Notes: generated by a model from the letters alone, not told the origin. Positions 41,807 through 51,955 are shown, counted from the stretch's first letter. The stretch: DNA of 64,000 nt from an uncultured Candidatus Entotheonella sp. (GCA_965215335.1 CBDCDA010000001.1:608001-672000), one strand, 5' to 3'. A program made the numbers and translations.

Positions 41807-44308
41807 TCACAAAAAGCTGACCGGATCAACATCCACGCTGACGCGCGTCAGCCGCGGGAACGCCTTTTGCCGGCGGGCCTCCGCCAAGCCGGCGATGAGG
41901 CATTGATGCAGCGCCTTGCTCGACACGCTCTTCACAAGGAGGTGCCAGCGGTAACGGTCGTGCAATTTGGCGATGGGTGCCTCGGCCGGTCCCAGGATGG
42001 TCACGTCAGACCGTATCGGAATCTGACGCTGTAACGTCTGGCCGATTCGCTGGCTGGTTGCCTCCGCCTGTTCGGCCTTGGGGCTCTCGACAATCAGGCG
42101 CGCCAGGCGGGAAAACGGCGGGTACAGCACGTCCCGCCGCCGTGCGGTCTCGTGCCGGAAGAAGCCGGTGAAGTCATGCCCGCATGTGAAAGTCACGCTG
42201 TCGTGCTCCGGGCGGTAGGTCTGTATGAGCACGTGTCCGGGGCGTTCACCTCGCCCGGCCCGCCCGGCGACCTGGGTCAGCAGTTGAAACAGGCGCTCGG
42301 GCGCCCGGAAGTCGGGCATCGACAGGCTGGCGTCGGCGGACACCACCCCGACCAGGGTGATGTTGGGGTAATCGTGCCCTTTGGCGATCATCTGGGTGCC
42401 GACCAGGACATCGATATCGCCGTTGCCCAAGGCGCGCAGAATGCGCTGATGCGCCGCCTTGGCACGGGTGGTATCGCGGTCCATGCGGGCCAGGCGCGCC
42501 TCGGGGAACAGCGCACTCAGCACCGCTTCGACTTGCTGCGTCCCGAGGCCGTGCGGCCGCAGCGAGACGCTTTCGCATCCCGTACACAGCGTCGGCACCG
42601 CCTGGTTGAAGCCGCAGTAATGGCACCGCAGCCGGCGGGTGCCGCGGTGATACGTCAGCGCCACGCTGCAATGCTCGCAGTAGGGAATGGTGCCGCAGTC
42701 GCGGCATTGCAGATAGGCGGCAAAGCCGCGCCGGTTGATCAGAATGAGACATTGTTCGCGGCGCTCCAGGCAGGCTGCGATGGCTTCCCGCAGCGGGCTG
42801 GAAACGATGCGCTCGTTCGGCGCCGTGTGCAGCCGCTGGTCCACCAGGGTAATCGCGGGCAAGGGCTTGTCGTCGACGCGATAGGGCAGCGACAGGAGCA
42901 GGTACTTGCCCCTGCGGGCATTGTGAAACGATTCCACCGCCGGCGTGGCACTGCCCATGACCACCACCGCACGGCTCTGCTGAGCGCGAACGATGGCAAC
43001 GTCCCGGGCGTGGTAGCGCGGCGCATCCTCCTGCTTGTAGGAGGTGTCGTGCTCTTCATCCACGACGACAAGGCCGAGTTGCTGCATCGGGGCGAAAACC
43101 GCCGAGCGGGTTCCGATGGCAATCCGGGCGTCGCCGCGCGCCAGACGACGCCATTCATCGAAGCGTTCCCCGCCGGAAAGGCTGCTGTGCAGCACGCCGA
43201 GCCGGGAGGCAAAACGGGCTGCAAAGCGCTGCACGAGCTGGTCGGTCAGGGCAATTTCAGGCACCAGGACGAGCGCCGATTTGCCTTGGCGGAGCACGCC
43301 GGCGATCGCGCGCATATAAACCTCGGTTTTGCCGCTGCCGGTAATGCCGTGCAGCAGGACCGGCGTTCCGTCCGGCGCCGCCAACCTGGCCTCGATCTGT
43401 TCCAGGGCGCACCGTTGGGCGTCATTCAGGATGGGCAGCGAGATCGGCTGGTCGGGCGGCAACGGGACGACCCGGCGCAGGTCTTCGACCTCGCATACCT
43501 CCACGACCCCCTGCTGCTGCAGGCGCTTGACGGCAGCCGGAGCGCCCGCCAGCCGGCGGCGCAGCGTCTTCAACTCGCACGCCGGCTGCTCCAGCAGGAA
43601 GGCCAGGACCTTCGCCTGGTTCGGGGCGCGGGGTCGAATCTGCTCCACAAGGGTCCGGGCGGCGTCAGCCCCGGAAAGCAGGCGCACCAAGGTCATCGTG
43701 CGTTCCCGCACCTTGGGGGCGCGGCGCTGGCGGGTCTGGCTGACGAGTCCTTGATCTTGCAGACGCCGCAGCAGGGCCGCGAGGTTGCCCGTGCCGACGG
43801 CTTTGGCGAGGTCCTGGCGACGCGCGGCACCCTGGCGTTCCAGATAGCGGAGCACCTCTCCTGCCCTGCCCGGCGGCCATGCCGACGATTGCCGCGCTTC
43901 GGGCGCCAAGTCGTAAAGGGTGGCCGAGCGTTCGCGGAAGCCCTCGGGAATGGCGGCCTTCAGAACCTGGCCCCACGAACACAGGTAATAGTCGGCAACC
44001 CATTTCGTCAGCCGCAGCAGGTCGGCCGAGACCACCGGTGTCTCGTCCAGGACTTCGCTCAGTGCCTTCGGACCGGATACGGTGCTGTGAGCGGCAAGCC
44101 CGACGATGTAGCCCAGGGTCTCCCGCTGCCCGACCGGGACCATCACCCGCTGGCCAACCGCACAATGCCCCTGCAGGGCAGGCGGGATGCGGTAGTCGAG
44201 CGGCGCTTCGAGGGGCAACTCGACGACGACCTTGGCGATGCAGGGGAATGGGGAGTGGAACCTGGGATCAGAAGCGGAGGATTGAGCGAGCTCGGTGTCG
44301 CTTGCCAT
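41807..44308 (-). CDS. priA: Primosomal protein N'
   Basis: GITGSGKT, DEEH, SATP, four CxxC pairs, GTQMIAKG, QVAGRAGR. Confidence 0.97.
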   Translation of the reverse strand: MASDTELAQSSASDPRFHSPFPCIAKVVVELPLEAPLDYRIPPALQGHCAVGQRVMVPVGQRETLGYIVGLAAHSTVSGPKALSEVLDETPVVSADLLRLTKWVADYYLCSWGQVLKAAIPEGFRERSATLYDLAPEARQSSAWPPGRAGEVLRYLERQGAARRQDLAKAVGTGNLAALLRRLQDQGLVSQTRQRRAPKVRERTMTLVRLLSGADAARTLVEQIRPRAPNQAKVLAFLLEQPACELKTLRRRLAGAPAAVKRLQQQGVVEVCEVEDLRRVVPLPPDQPISLPILNDAQRCALEQIEARLAAPDGTPVLLHGITGSGKTEVYMRAIAGVLRQGKSALVLVPEIALTDQLVQRFAARFASRLGVLHSSLSGGERFDEWRRLARGDARIAIGTRSAVFAPMQQLGLVVVDEEHDTSYKQEDAPRYHARDVAIVRAQQSRAVVVMGSATPAVESFHNARRGKYLLLSLPYRVDDKPLPAITLVDQRLHTAPNERIVSSPLREAIAACLERREQCLILINRRGFAAYLQCRDCGTIPYCEHCSVALTYHRGTRRLRCHYCGFNQAVPTLCTGCESVSLRPHGLGTQQVEAVLSALFPEARLARMDRDTTRAKAAHQRILRALGNGDIDVLVGTQMIAKGHDYPNITLVGVVSADASLSMPDFRAPERLFQLLTQVAGRAGRGERPGHVLIQTYRPEHDSVTFTCGHDFTGFFRHETARRRDVLYPPFSRLARLIVESPKAEQAEATSQRIGQTLQRQIPIRSDVTILGPAEAPIAKLHDRYRWHLLVKSVSSKALHQCLIAGLAEARRQKAFPRLTRVSVDVDPVSFL

Positions 44309-44326
44309 GGGGGCGGCTCAGAATGG

Positions 44327-44701
44327 TTACGACACGTCGTAGTTCAAACGCCCACCAGCTTTGCGGCTTTCCATCTCTTCCTGGCAACCGCGGCAGAACC
44401 GCGTCCACGGAATCGCTTCGAGGCGCTTGATTTCGATCGGGTCTTCGCAATCCGCGCAAATCCCGTAATCGTCGTGATTCATGCGCTCAAGGGCGTCCTC
44501 AATGGCACGCAATTCATCCAGCTCGCGGCTTTTCAGCATGAAGGTAATTTCGCGGTCGCGGGCGTTGCTGGCAATATCGAGGGAATCTCCGTGGGTGGCC
44601 TCGTCCAGCATCTGCAGGTGTTGCTCGCCGGAAATTTTGGAGAGGATACCCTGACGCCGCCGTTGCAAATCCGCCCGTATCTTTTCGTAAGCCTCTGTCA
44701 T
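44327..44701 (-). CDS. DksA/TraR C4-type zinc-finger protein
   Basis: Coiled coil with DSLDIA; YGICADC...RLEAIP...CRGC. Confidence 0.9.
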   Translation of the reverse strand: MTEAYEKIRADLQRRRQGILSKISGEQHLQMLDEATHGDSLDIASNARDREITFMLKSRELDELRAIEDALERMNHDDYGICADCEDPIEIKRLEAIPWTRFCRGCQEEMESRKAGGRLNYDVS

Positions 44702-44803
44702 GACGTTACCGCCCTCTGATAACGACTCGCACCGGAACAGGTGATCACGAGAGAGCAGCAAAAACGAACTCTGGCAACCGCCTCTCGCGGAAAAAAGGGA
44801 GCC

Positions 44804-44833
44804 ATTGTAGTTGCCGAGTCTTGAGGATGTCAA
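44804..44833 (-). promoter_or_regulatory. Putative sigma70 promoter of dksA-like/priA
   Basis: TTGACA-18 nt-TACAAT. Confidence 0.6.
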
Positions 44834-45004
44834 CGAGACTGCGGTCGCGCACAGGGTAAGCGCATATGAGGATTGCCATTCGTCGGGTTCCAGCAATTTC
44901 TCGAATTACCCCTTGGTATTCCGTCGAGGCGTAGAGGCTTGACGCAAGCTGGCTGGCCCCGGATAACGCCATATGCGCTTACCCTGCGGTCGCGCACCCG
45001 TGTT

Positions 45005-45796
45005 CTAAGACATGGCTGCGACGAAGGCGCCGTTGCTCCGTTCGGTGCGTCCCGTGACGGGGGAAAAATGTATACCGCACTCCTTGACCGCACGTATTTC
45101 CCACCACCAGCGACCGGCCCGCTCATTCTCACCGGGAAACGTGGCACGCGTGCAGGGCCCACAGCCAATACTCGGATAGTCCTGGTCGTACAACGGATGG
45201 TAGGGCACGTCGTACTCGTGGACATACGCCCACACGTCTTCCTTGGTCCAATCGGCGAGCGGGTTGAGCTTCACGATGCCGCCGTGCGCGTAGTCCAATT
45301 CCACCTTTTTGATGTGGGCGCGTGAGGGGTTCTGGTCGCGCCGCAGTCCCGCAAACCAGGCATCCGCACTTTCCAGCCCGCGCGCCAACGGACGCACCTT
45401 GCGCAAGCTGCAGCACTGCATCCGCAGGTCCACCGAGTCGTAAAAGGGGTTCACGCCGTTTTCCCGGGTGAAGGTTTCGATGTCGCGGTGGTCGGGGAAG
45501 AGGGTCTGCAACCGCATCGCCGGGTAGTGGTCCCGGACGCGGTCAATAAAGGAATAGGTCTCCTGAGGGAGACGGCCGGTGTCCACCGTGAGGGCGCGGA
45601 CCGATGGCCGGAGCCGGCAGGCCATGTCCAGAATAATCATGCCTTCCGCCTGCAAGCCGGTGACCACCACTGCGGCGTCACCGAACCCTGTCAACGCCCA
45701 CGCGATCACCTCTTCAGGGTCGGCGTCGGCGAATCTGGCAGCCATGGCATCAACTTCACTTTTGTCGAAGCGGATCCGTTTCAAGCCCATTCCCAT
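45005..45796 (-). CDS. cysH: APS/PAPS reductase (Fe-S type)
   Basis: DTGRL, CCSLRKV.PL, GLRRDQ, YPSIGCGPCT, RAGRW, KECGIH. Confidence 0.95.
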   Translation of the reverse strand: MGMGLKRIRFDKSEVDAMAARFADADPEEVIAWALTGFGDAAVVVTGLQAEGMIILDMACRLRPSVRALTVDTGRLPQETYSFIDRVRDHYPAMRLQTLFPDHRDIETFTRENGVNPFYDSVDLRMQCCSLRKVRPLARGLESADAWFAGLRRDQNPSRAHIKKVELDYAHGGIVKLNPLADWTKEDVWAYVHEYDVPYHPLYDQDYPSIGCGPCTRATFPGENERAGRWWWEIRAVKECGIHFSPVTGRTERSNGAFVAAMS

Positions 45797-45846
45797 CCTT
45801 ACTCCTCGTCTATAGCAATGCCGAGACTCACGACTTGCCTGCGATG

Positions 45847-45890
45847 AAACAAAAAAACGCCCGCTCCCTGCCGCAGGGAGTGGGCGTTTT
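45847..45890 (-). terminator. Intrinsic terminator in the cysH leader (attenuator)
   Basis: AAAACGCCCACTCCCTG-CGG-CAGGGAGCGGGCG followed by T7, about 50 nt before the cysH start. Confidence 0.85.
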
Positions 45891-45909
45891 CAACGACGGA
45901 CAGAACGGC

Positions 45910-46038
45910 TTACTTCGTCCACACCCCCGCGACTGGGAACACGCAGCAGACCGTGCAGCGACAACACGTACCGCCAGTCTCGTGGGTACACAGCGAGGTG
46001 GAAGAAAACCGGTAACTCGTCGTGGAAATATCCGTCAT
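45910..46038 (-). CDS. Cys-rich leader peptide (42 aa)
   Basis: MTDISTTSYRFSSTSLCTHETGGTCCRCTVCCVFPVAGVWTK*; the stop is about 20 nt before the terminator. Confidence 0.72.
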   Translation of the reverse strand: MTDISTTSYRFSSTSLCTHETGGTCCRCTVCCVFPVAGVWTK

Positions 46039-46081
46039 GAGCAGTCATTGCCTTCTTGAAGTGATCTGAACGGTGACGGGT

Positions 46082-46111
46082 ACTCTACCACAGGTGTTTT
46101 CCGCAGGGCAA
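46082..46111 (-). promoter_or_regulatory. Putative promoter of the leader-cysH transcript
   Basis: TTGCCC-18 nt-TAGAGT with TGn extended -10. Confidence 0.45.
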
Positions 46112-46202
46112 GTTCCCGGTTGGCTCCACAGCGCACGAAACCGCCCGACGACAGACGTATCCTCGTTGGAAGTCAAGGCGTCGAGGCAGTGATTTTTCCC
46201 GA

Positions 46203-46997
46203 CTACCAGGCCCGCCAGCCGCCGTCGACGTGCAGCACGCTACCGGTTACGTACGACGCGGCGGGAGAGGCGAGGTAGATGATGGCGCCCAGCAGCTCCC
46301 CTTCCCTCCCCAGACGTCCCAGGGGCGTAAATTGCTCCATACGCGCCCGCTGCTCGTCGTGCACCCGGCCCAGGCGGGGATCGGTAATCATGTCGGTCGG
46401 AAACCAGGACGGCGCCAGGGCGTTTACCGTGATGCCGTGAGGCGCCCATTCGACCGCCAGTTGCCGGGTCAGATTGGTAACGGCGCCCTTGGTGGCGGCA
46501 TAACCGACGGTCCGGTGCACCGAGTTGGCCCCTTCCCCGAGCACCGAGGAGATATTGACGACGCGTCCGCCCGCACCCCGCTCGATCATCCGGCGTCCGA
46601 CGCGCTGGCAGCACAGGAATACCGCCGTGAGGTTGATGTCCAGCGCCTGCCGCCACTTGTCCAGATCGTGACGCTCGGCGCGGCCCACAGGCGCAATCCC
46701 GGCATTGTTGACCAGGATGTCAATGGGCCCCAGCGTGTCATGGACGTCCCGGACGGCCGCCTCGATCTGCGCCTCATGCTGGAGGTCGGCCTGCACAGGA
46801 AGCGCCCGCACGCCGAATGTCTCCAACTCCGAGGCCACCGCCTGCAGGCGCTCCAGCCGTCTTGCCACGACGGCGACGTCGGCGCCAGCCATGGCCAGAC
46901 CCCTGGCAAATTCCTTGCCCAGGCCGCTGGAGGCGCCGGTGACCAGCGCCACCTTGCCACGCAGGCCGAACAAGCGTTCCAGATCCGACGAACTCAT
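46203..46997 (-). CDS. SDR-family oxidoreductase (gluconate 5-dehydrogenase-like)
   Basis: TGASSGLG, NNAG, YAATK. Confidence 0.9.
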   Translation of the reverse strand: MSSSDLERLFGLRGKVALVTGASSGLGKEFARGLAMAGADVAVVARRLERLQAVASELETFGVRALPVQADLQHEAQIEAAVRDVHDTLGPIDILVNNAGIAPVGRAERHDLDKWRQALDINLTAVFLCCQRVGRRMIERGAGGRVVNISSVLGEGANSVHRTVGYAATKGAVTNLTRQLAVEWAPHGITVNALAPSWFPTDMITDPRLGRVHDEQRARMEQFTPLGRLGREGELLGAIIYLASPAASYVTGSVLHVDGGWRAW

Positions 46998-48146
46998 CTA
47001 TTTCTCAAGGGCGGAAGAGGCCAGACGAGCGGCGCTGAACAGGGAAATATCGTGCCCGGTGGCGCCGTCCCCAGCCAGGTCGGCCAGGATTTCGCCGATG
47101 ACGGGACAGAATTTGAAGCCGTGTCCCGAAAAGCCGCCTGCGAACACCACTCGCGGATCTTCGGGGTGAAAGTCAATGACGAAATGCCCGTCGGGGGAGT
47201 TGGTGAACATGCAGGTGGCCGTGGACAATACCGGGCCTTCGCCGTCCGGGAAATAGCGCCGCACGAGACCGCGCAGCAGGGCTTCGTCCGCCGGGTGAAA
47301 ACCCCGGTCCACGGCGGCGGGGTCGTCCACAAGCTGTTCCAGATGGTGGAAACGGCCGATCTTGAAGCCAGGGATGCCGTAGATCGGCATGCCATAAAAA
47401 TTCCCCTCCTCGGCATCCAGGATGAAAACCGGAAACGCGTCCATGTGAAAGGCGCGCGGCACGCGCGGCTGCATCCAGATCAGCACCTGCCGCTCCGGTT
47501 GCAGCACGCCGTGATAGCGCGTCAGCAGCCGGTGGGTCCAGGCGCCGGCCGTCAACACCAGGCGCTCGGCCTGGTAGACGCCGCGGTTGGTTTGCACCCG
47601 CACACCGGCGTCGCCGGTCTCCCAGTCTTCAACCGTCTCGCGGCCGTGTACGTCGGCGCCGTGCCGCAGGGCCGCCGTCACGTGCGCCACGATGCACCGC
47701 TCGGCCGCCAGAAGACCGGCCTGGGGTTCGTACAGAGCCATCAGCGGCGCCTGCAGCCCGTAACCGGGAAATCGCCGCCGCACGGCCTCGGGCGCCAGAA
47801 TCTCGTGCGCCAGGCCGTGTTCCTGCACCGACTTCAGCGCGCCCGCGAATACCTGACTCGTTTCGGCGCCGATATTCAAGGCGCCGGTGACGTGCAACAG
47901 ACGCTCCTCGACGGTCCGCTCCAGCGCCCACCACAGTTCGTAAGCGCGGTGCAGGAGCGGCACGTAGGACGGGTGCTCGTAATACGCCAGGCGGATGATC
48001 CGTGAAATGCCGTGAGACGACCCCTGCTGGTGCGGAATGTCGTACTGCTCAAGGCCCAGAACCCGCTGGCCCCGTTTCGCCAGGTGATACACCGCCGCAC
48101 TGCCCATTCCCCCGACACCGACAACGATCACGTCATACGTCTGCAT
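46998..48146 (-). CDS. solA: N-methyl-L-tryptophan / monomeric sarcosine oxidase family
   Basis: GVGGMG, GSSHGISRIIR, TCMFTNSPD, GFSGHGFKF. Confidence 0.88.
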   Translation of the reverse strand: MQTYDVIVVGVGGMGSAAVYHLAKRGQRVLGLEQYDIPHQQGSSHGISRIIRLAYYEHPSYVPLLHRAYELWWALERTVEERLLHVTGALNIGAETSQVFAGALKSVQEHGLAHEILAPEAVRRRFPGYGLQAPLMALYEPQAGLLAAERCIVAHVTAALRHGADVHGRETVEDWETGDAGVRVQTNRGVYQAERLVLTAGAWTHRLLTRYHGVLQPERQVLIWMQPRVPRAFHMDAFPVFILDAEEGNFYGMPIYGIPGFKIGRFHHLEQLVDDPAAVDRGFHPADEALLRGLVRRYFPDGEGPVLSTATCMFTNSPDGHFVIDFHPEDPRVVFAGGFSGHGFKFCPVIGEILADLAGDGATGHDISLFSAARLASSALEK

Positions 48147-48157
48147 GACAGCCTCCG

Positions 48158-48412
48158 TCAGGTATCGCCAGCCGCCGAAGCGTTGCGATAAACCAGCAAG
48201 ATACGCCGGGCGAACGGAGCGTCGGCCTCAGGCACGTAGATTTCCGTCTCCCCCAGCGCCCCGTGCGACACCGGCAGTTGCGGCACCCGCCGGGACTTGA
48301 TGCGCCACTCCAGCCCCTCCCCGGCCAGGATGCCCGTAATCAGGTGCAGATCGGCATCGTTGAAAGCCGTGTGGATTTTCTTCCACGCTTCATCCGGTGT
48401 TTGTCGCACCAC
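48158..48412 (-). CDS. DUF2007-like small protein
   Basis: LITGILAGEGL...EIYVPE.DA..AR.IL pattern. Confidence 0.6.
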   Translation of the reverse strand: MVRQTPDEAWKKIHTAFNDADLHLITGILAGEGLEWRIKSRRVPQLPVSHGALGETEIYVPEADAPFARRILLVYRNASAAGDT

Positions 48413-48445
48413 CCCGACCCCGCGGCACCGCTACGGGTCCACCCG

Positions 48446-48673
48446 TCAACGGTTCATGTTGAAGAAAAACCACAACCCGAAGATCGTCCAAACGATGATG
48501 AGCGTTAAACAGCCGTATTGGATAACCCATTCCTGGCGCCGCTGCGTCTCGGCGACCTGCGGGTCGACGTCAACCGGCAACGCCGCCGTCTCGCCGATGA
48601 ACTCGCCGCACTGGTGACAGTAATTGTAGCGCTCGGGCATCTCCGTCTGACACAGGGAGCACGTTTTCATCAT
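48446..48673 (-). CDS. Small zinc-ribbon membrane protein
   Basis: CSLC...CHQCG and a C-terminal TM helix. Confidence 0.6.
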   Translation of the reverse strand: MMKTCSLCQTEMPERYNYCHQCGEFIGETAALPVDVDPQVAETQRRQEWVIQYGCLTLIIVWTIFGLWFFFNMNR

Positions 48674-48805
48674 GGTCGGAACGTCCCGGAGAACAGGGCG
48701 GGCGCGGGCGGTGGCCAAACGATACCGGCCCCGCCGTTCGGGTTTCCCCATCGGCGCCACCCGACTATAATGAGCGTCGAGCTATGATACGGCCACGGGT
48801 GATAT

Positions 48806-49987
48806 GTGGGGGCGAATGTGAAACGGTGCCGTCGAACGCTTCTGGCAATTCTCGTGCTGTTCATGTGCCTGCGGTCCGGTGCGACGGAAATGGGCCTCGC
48901 CGATTCCCGCGACGACGCCCCCGAGCTACCTTTCAGCACCATGAGAGACGCCGTGCAGGAGGCGTTGCGCTTGCGCTTTTCCCAGGCCCACGATGTCGTC
49001 AGCCGAGCGGAACCGGATGGCCGAGAAACCCTTGAAACGCAATTAACGCGGGGCATCATAGCCTATCTGCAAACGCATTGGCAAACTCGCCAGCGCCCTC
49101 CGTCACACGTCACCGCGCGCAAGTTCTTCACGCAAATTCTGAAAGCGGGCGAGCGACAACTTACCGAATCGCCCCGCCAAGGCCGGCTGCTATCAGTCCT
49201 GGGACTGGCCGCCGTTTTTGATGCCTTGCTGCCGCAGCAGGAAGCGCCGTGGGCACATCTGCAGCGCGCCACTCAGGGGCGTTCCCGGCTGGAAAAAGCG
49301 CTCATGTCCTACGAGGCCATGAGCGATGCCCACCTGGGTCTGGGAATGCTTTATTTCGTCGCGGACAGCGTCCCGTCCTGGGTCCGGCCCTTGCTGGGCG
49401 GGACCGCCCTGCAAGGGCCCGAGGACGCCATCCACCATTTCCGGCGCGCCGCCGAAACCGGACGATTCAGCCGCGATTTGGCGCGAACGTTCCTGCTGCA
49501 GTTGTACGTCATGGAGAAGCGCTACCGCGAAGCCATTCCTCTCGGCCAGTCCTTGCGCGAGACGTATCCCGACAACGGTTATTTCAGCTTGCTGACCGGA
49601 CGCAGCCAGTTCGAGCACGGCGAAACAGCCACAGCCGCCGCCACCTTGGGGGCCTTGGCAACGACCCTCTCAGAGCGGCCCGAGAGGCTCGTCGATGCGG
49701 ATGACCGGTTCGATCTGTATTACACCTGGGGCCGGGCCTTGCTCGATACCGACCAGCCTGAATTGGCTTTCGAGGCGTTTCGCGGCGCTATCAACCACGA
49801 CCCGCGCGCCGCCAGGGACGACAGCCTGTGGGCGAAGTTCTACCTGGCAACCCTGTACGAGCAACGCGGGTCGCTCAAAACCGCTCGCCAACTCTACTGC
49901 ACCTTGCTCCGGGAACGCGACGTCGACAATCTGCACAGCCGGGCCGAGCGTCGCCTCGCACACCTGGGGTCACGCGGGTGTGGCTGA
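48806..49987 (+). CDS. Exported TPR-repeat protein
   Basis: Signal-like N-terminus; helical repeats DAHLGLGMLY, YYTWGRAL, FYLATLYEQRG. Confidence 0.7.
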   Translation: MGANVKRCRRTLLAILVLFMCLRSGATEMGLADSRDDAPELPFSTMRDAVQEALRLRFSQAHDVVSRAEPDGRETLETQLTRGIIAYLQTHWQTRQRPPSHVTARKFFTQILKAGERQLTESPRQGRLLSVLGLAAVFDALLPQQEAPWAHLQRATQGRSRLEKALMSYEAMSDAHLGLGMLYFVADSVPSWVRPLLGGTALQGPEDAIHHFRRAAETGRFSRDLARTFLLQLYVMEKRYREAIPLGQSLRETYPDNGYFSLLTGRSQFEHGETATAAATLGALATTLSERPERLVDADDRFDLYYTWGRALLDTDQPELAFEAFRGAINHDPRAARDDSLWAKFYLATLYEQRGSLKTARQLYCTLLRERDVDNLHSRAERRLAHLGSRGCG

Positions 49988-50036
49988 ATCGTCGAGAACA
50001 GCGAGTGCCATACTGATGCAAGGAAAGGAACGGGAA

Positions 50037-50867
50037 ATGGAAAACGATGCGGGGTATTTCCCGCCGCGTTTGCGGGGACAGGTGGCCCTGACAACCGGGG
50101 CGGGACGCGGGCTGGGGCGCGCCTACGCCTTGCGGCTGGCGCAGTTGGGCGCCGACGTTGTCGTCAACGACGTCGACCTGGCTTCCGCCGAACAGGTCAA
50201 CGAACCCCTGACCGCCGACTCGGTGGTGGACGAAATCCGCCAACTGGGACGGCGAGCCATCGGCATTGCCGCCGACGTCACCTGCGAGACCGCGGTCGAG
50301 CGCATGGTCGACGAAGCCTTGGCCGCGTTCGGTCACATCGACGTCCTGATCAACAACGCCGGCGGCGGGCGCGGCAGCCAGAGCGTGACCGAGTGCCCGC
50401 CCGACGTCTGGGACAAGGTGATGGCGAAAAACCTGCGTTCGGCCTTCCTTTGCTGCCGCGCCGTCGGCCGTCACATGCGACAACGCCGCCGGGGCAAGAT
50501 CATCAACGTCGCCTCGGTAGCCGGCTTGCGGCCCTTGATGCCGGTGCTCGCCCCTTACGCCACGGCAAAGGCAGGCGTCATTCAACTGACCCGTGCGTTG
50601 GCCCTGGAACTTGCGTCACACGGCATCAACGTCAACGCCATCGCACCCGGATACGTGGCAACCGTCAATTGGCTGGGCGGGCTGGGAAAAATCCAGGACG
50701 ACCTGGTCACGCAAATCCCCATGGGCCGCATCGGCCGGCCCGAAGACTGCGCCAAGGTGATCGAATTTCTCGCCACCGACCTGTCGGATTTCGTCACCGG
50801 CCAGGTGATCAGCGTGGACGGCGGCATGGGGCACCTCAACCCCGCCTACATGGGGCAGGCTTATTGA
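50037..50867 (+). CDS. SDR-family oxidoreductase (FabG-like)
   Basis: TGAGRGLG, NNAG, YATAK. Confidence 0.9.
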   Translation: MENDAGYFPPRLRGQVALTTGAGRGLGRAYALRLAQLGADVVVNDVDLASAEQVNEPLTADSVVDEIRQLGRRAIGIAADVTCETAVERMVDEALAAFGHIDVLINNAGGGRGSQSVTECPPDVWDKVMAKNLRSAFLCCRAVGRHMRQRRRGKIINVASVAGLRPLMPVLAPYATAKAGVIQLTRALALELASHGINVNAIAPGYVATVNWLGGLGKIQDDLVTQIPMGRIGRPEDCAKVIEFLATDLSDFVTGQVISVDGGMGHLNPAYMGQAY

Positions 50868-51955
50868 GACGCGGCCTGCTGGCAACGGAATCCTACGAAG
50901 TTCGCCGCAACCCCCGGCAGCAGGACCGAGCGCACCCCGCACCCGACGTGACGCGAATCGCGGGCGCCGGAGCCGCCGCACAAGACGCGGGCGCCGCGGT
51001 CGTTCGCCGTGCCGCTCCATTCCAGGACATTACCGGCCAGATCGTAGACGCCATACGGGCTCGGGGTCTGAGGCATGCCTCCTGCGCCGACCGGCAGGGT
51101 GAAGGACGATTGCCCGGTCCCCTCCCCCGAAAGCGGCTCGTTCCCCCACGGAAAGGCACGGCCGTCAATGCCCCTACAGGCTTTGTCCCACTGCGGCTCT
51201 GCGGGGAGGGACTTGCCGGCCCAGCGACAATACGCATCGGCCTCGTACCACGTCACCCCGACCACGGGCTGCCGGGCGGCGTTGAACTCCTCGTTGTCCC
51301 AGTAGCTGGGCTGCCGACGCCCCTTGCCCTGGCGCCAGGCCCATCCTTCCGGCAGCCAGTAGCCGGCATCGGCATACCCGCCGGCGGCGATGAAGCGCTG
51401 GTATTCGGCATTGGTCACTTCGTAAACGTCAATGGCGAATGCCTCCAGCGTCGTCAGCGTGCCGTCGCCGCGCTGGAAGGCGCCGGGCGGAATGCGGACC
51501 ATGTCCTTCATTGACGGCATCTCGGGCGCCGCAGGCTCGACGTCTGCCGTCACCACCAAGTCGCGGTAGGCCACCAAGGCACGCTGCTGCCGCACCGTCA
51601 GGCCGCTCACGTAGGTGTCGACGCTCGGTTCAGGCTCGCAATCGTTCCGCCACAAAACGAGTCCCTCACCCGCCGTTCGGGAGACGAGCAACAGGTTCTC
51701 GCTCGAGCCCAGGTAATGCTGCAACACGATGAAGAATTTCTCTCGTTGGCGGTCCGGTCGAACCCCGGCGGCAGCCGCCGCCTCAATCATGGCATCCAGC
51801 ACCCGGTCATTCAGCACCACGTCCGTCGTAACGTCACGGGTACACGCCGGCAGATCAAACGATGGCATATCCTGCGACCACGCATCGGCGCCCAACACGA
51901 GAACCAGCCCCAATACCGCTCCAATCCATCCTGACCTGCCGTCATGCACACCCAT
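50861..51955 (-). CDS. Exported SUMF1/FGE-sulfatase domain protein
   Basis: Signal peptide; EVTNAEY, PVVGVTWYEA, LPAEPQW, DLAGNVLEW, GFRC. Confidence 0.85.
   Translation of the reverse strand: MGVHDGRSGWIGAVLGLVLVLGADAWSQDMPSFDLPACTRDVTTDVVLNDRVLDAMIEAAAAAGVRPDRQREKFFIVLQHYLGSSENLLLVSRTAGEGLVLWRNDCEPEPSVDTYVSGLTVRQQRALVAYRDLVVTADVEPAAPEMPSMKDMVRIPPGAFQRGDGTLTTLEAFAIDVYEVTNAEYQRFIAAGGYADAGYWLPEGWAWRQGKGRRQPSYWDNEEFNAARQPVVGVTWYEADAYCRWAGKSLPAEPQWDKACRGIDGRAFPWGNEPLSGEGTGQSSFTLPVGAGGMPQTPSPYGVYDLAGNVLEWSGTANDRGARVLCGGSGARDSRHVGCGVRSVLLPGVAANFVGFRCQQAASQ

Noticed and set aside
42152..44719. 855-aa plus-strand ORF and similar long ORFs (e.g. 55165-57714, 56199-58736, 12569-14539, 8234-10093)
   Set aside because: Antisense or off-frame shadows of well-supported genes; expected at high GC and lacking recognisable motifs.
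45890..46048. Alternative 52-aa minus-strand ORF (MTAHDGYF...) overlapping the Cys leader
   Set aside because: Its ATG is only 2 nt from the SD-like AAGAAGG and it shows no amino-acid bias relevant to cysH. Not fully excluded.
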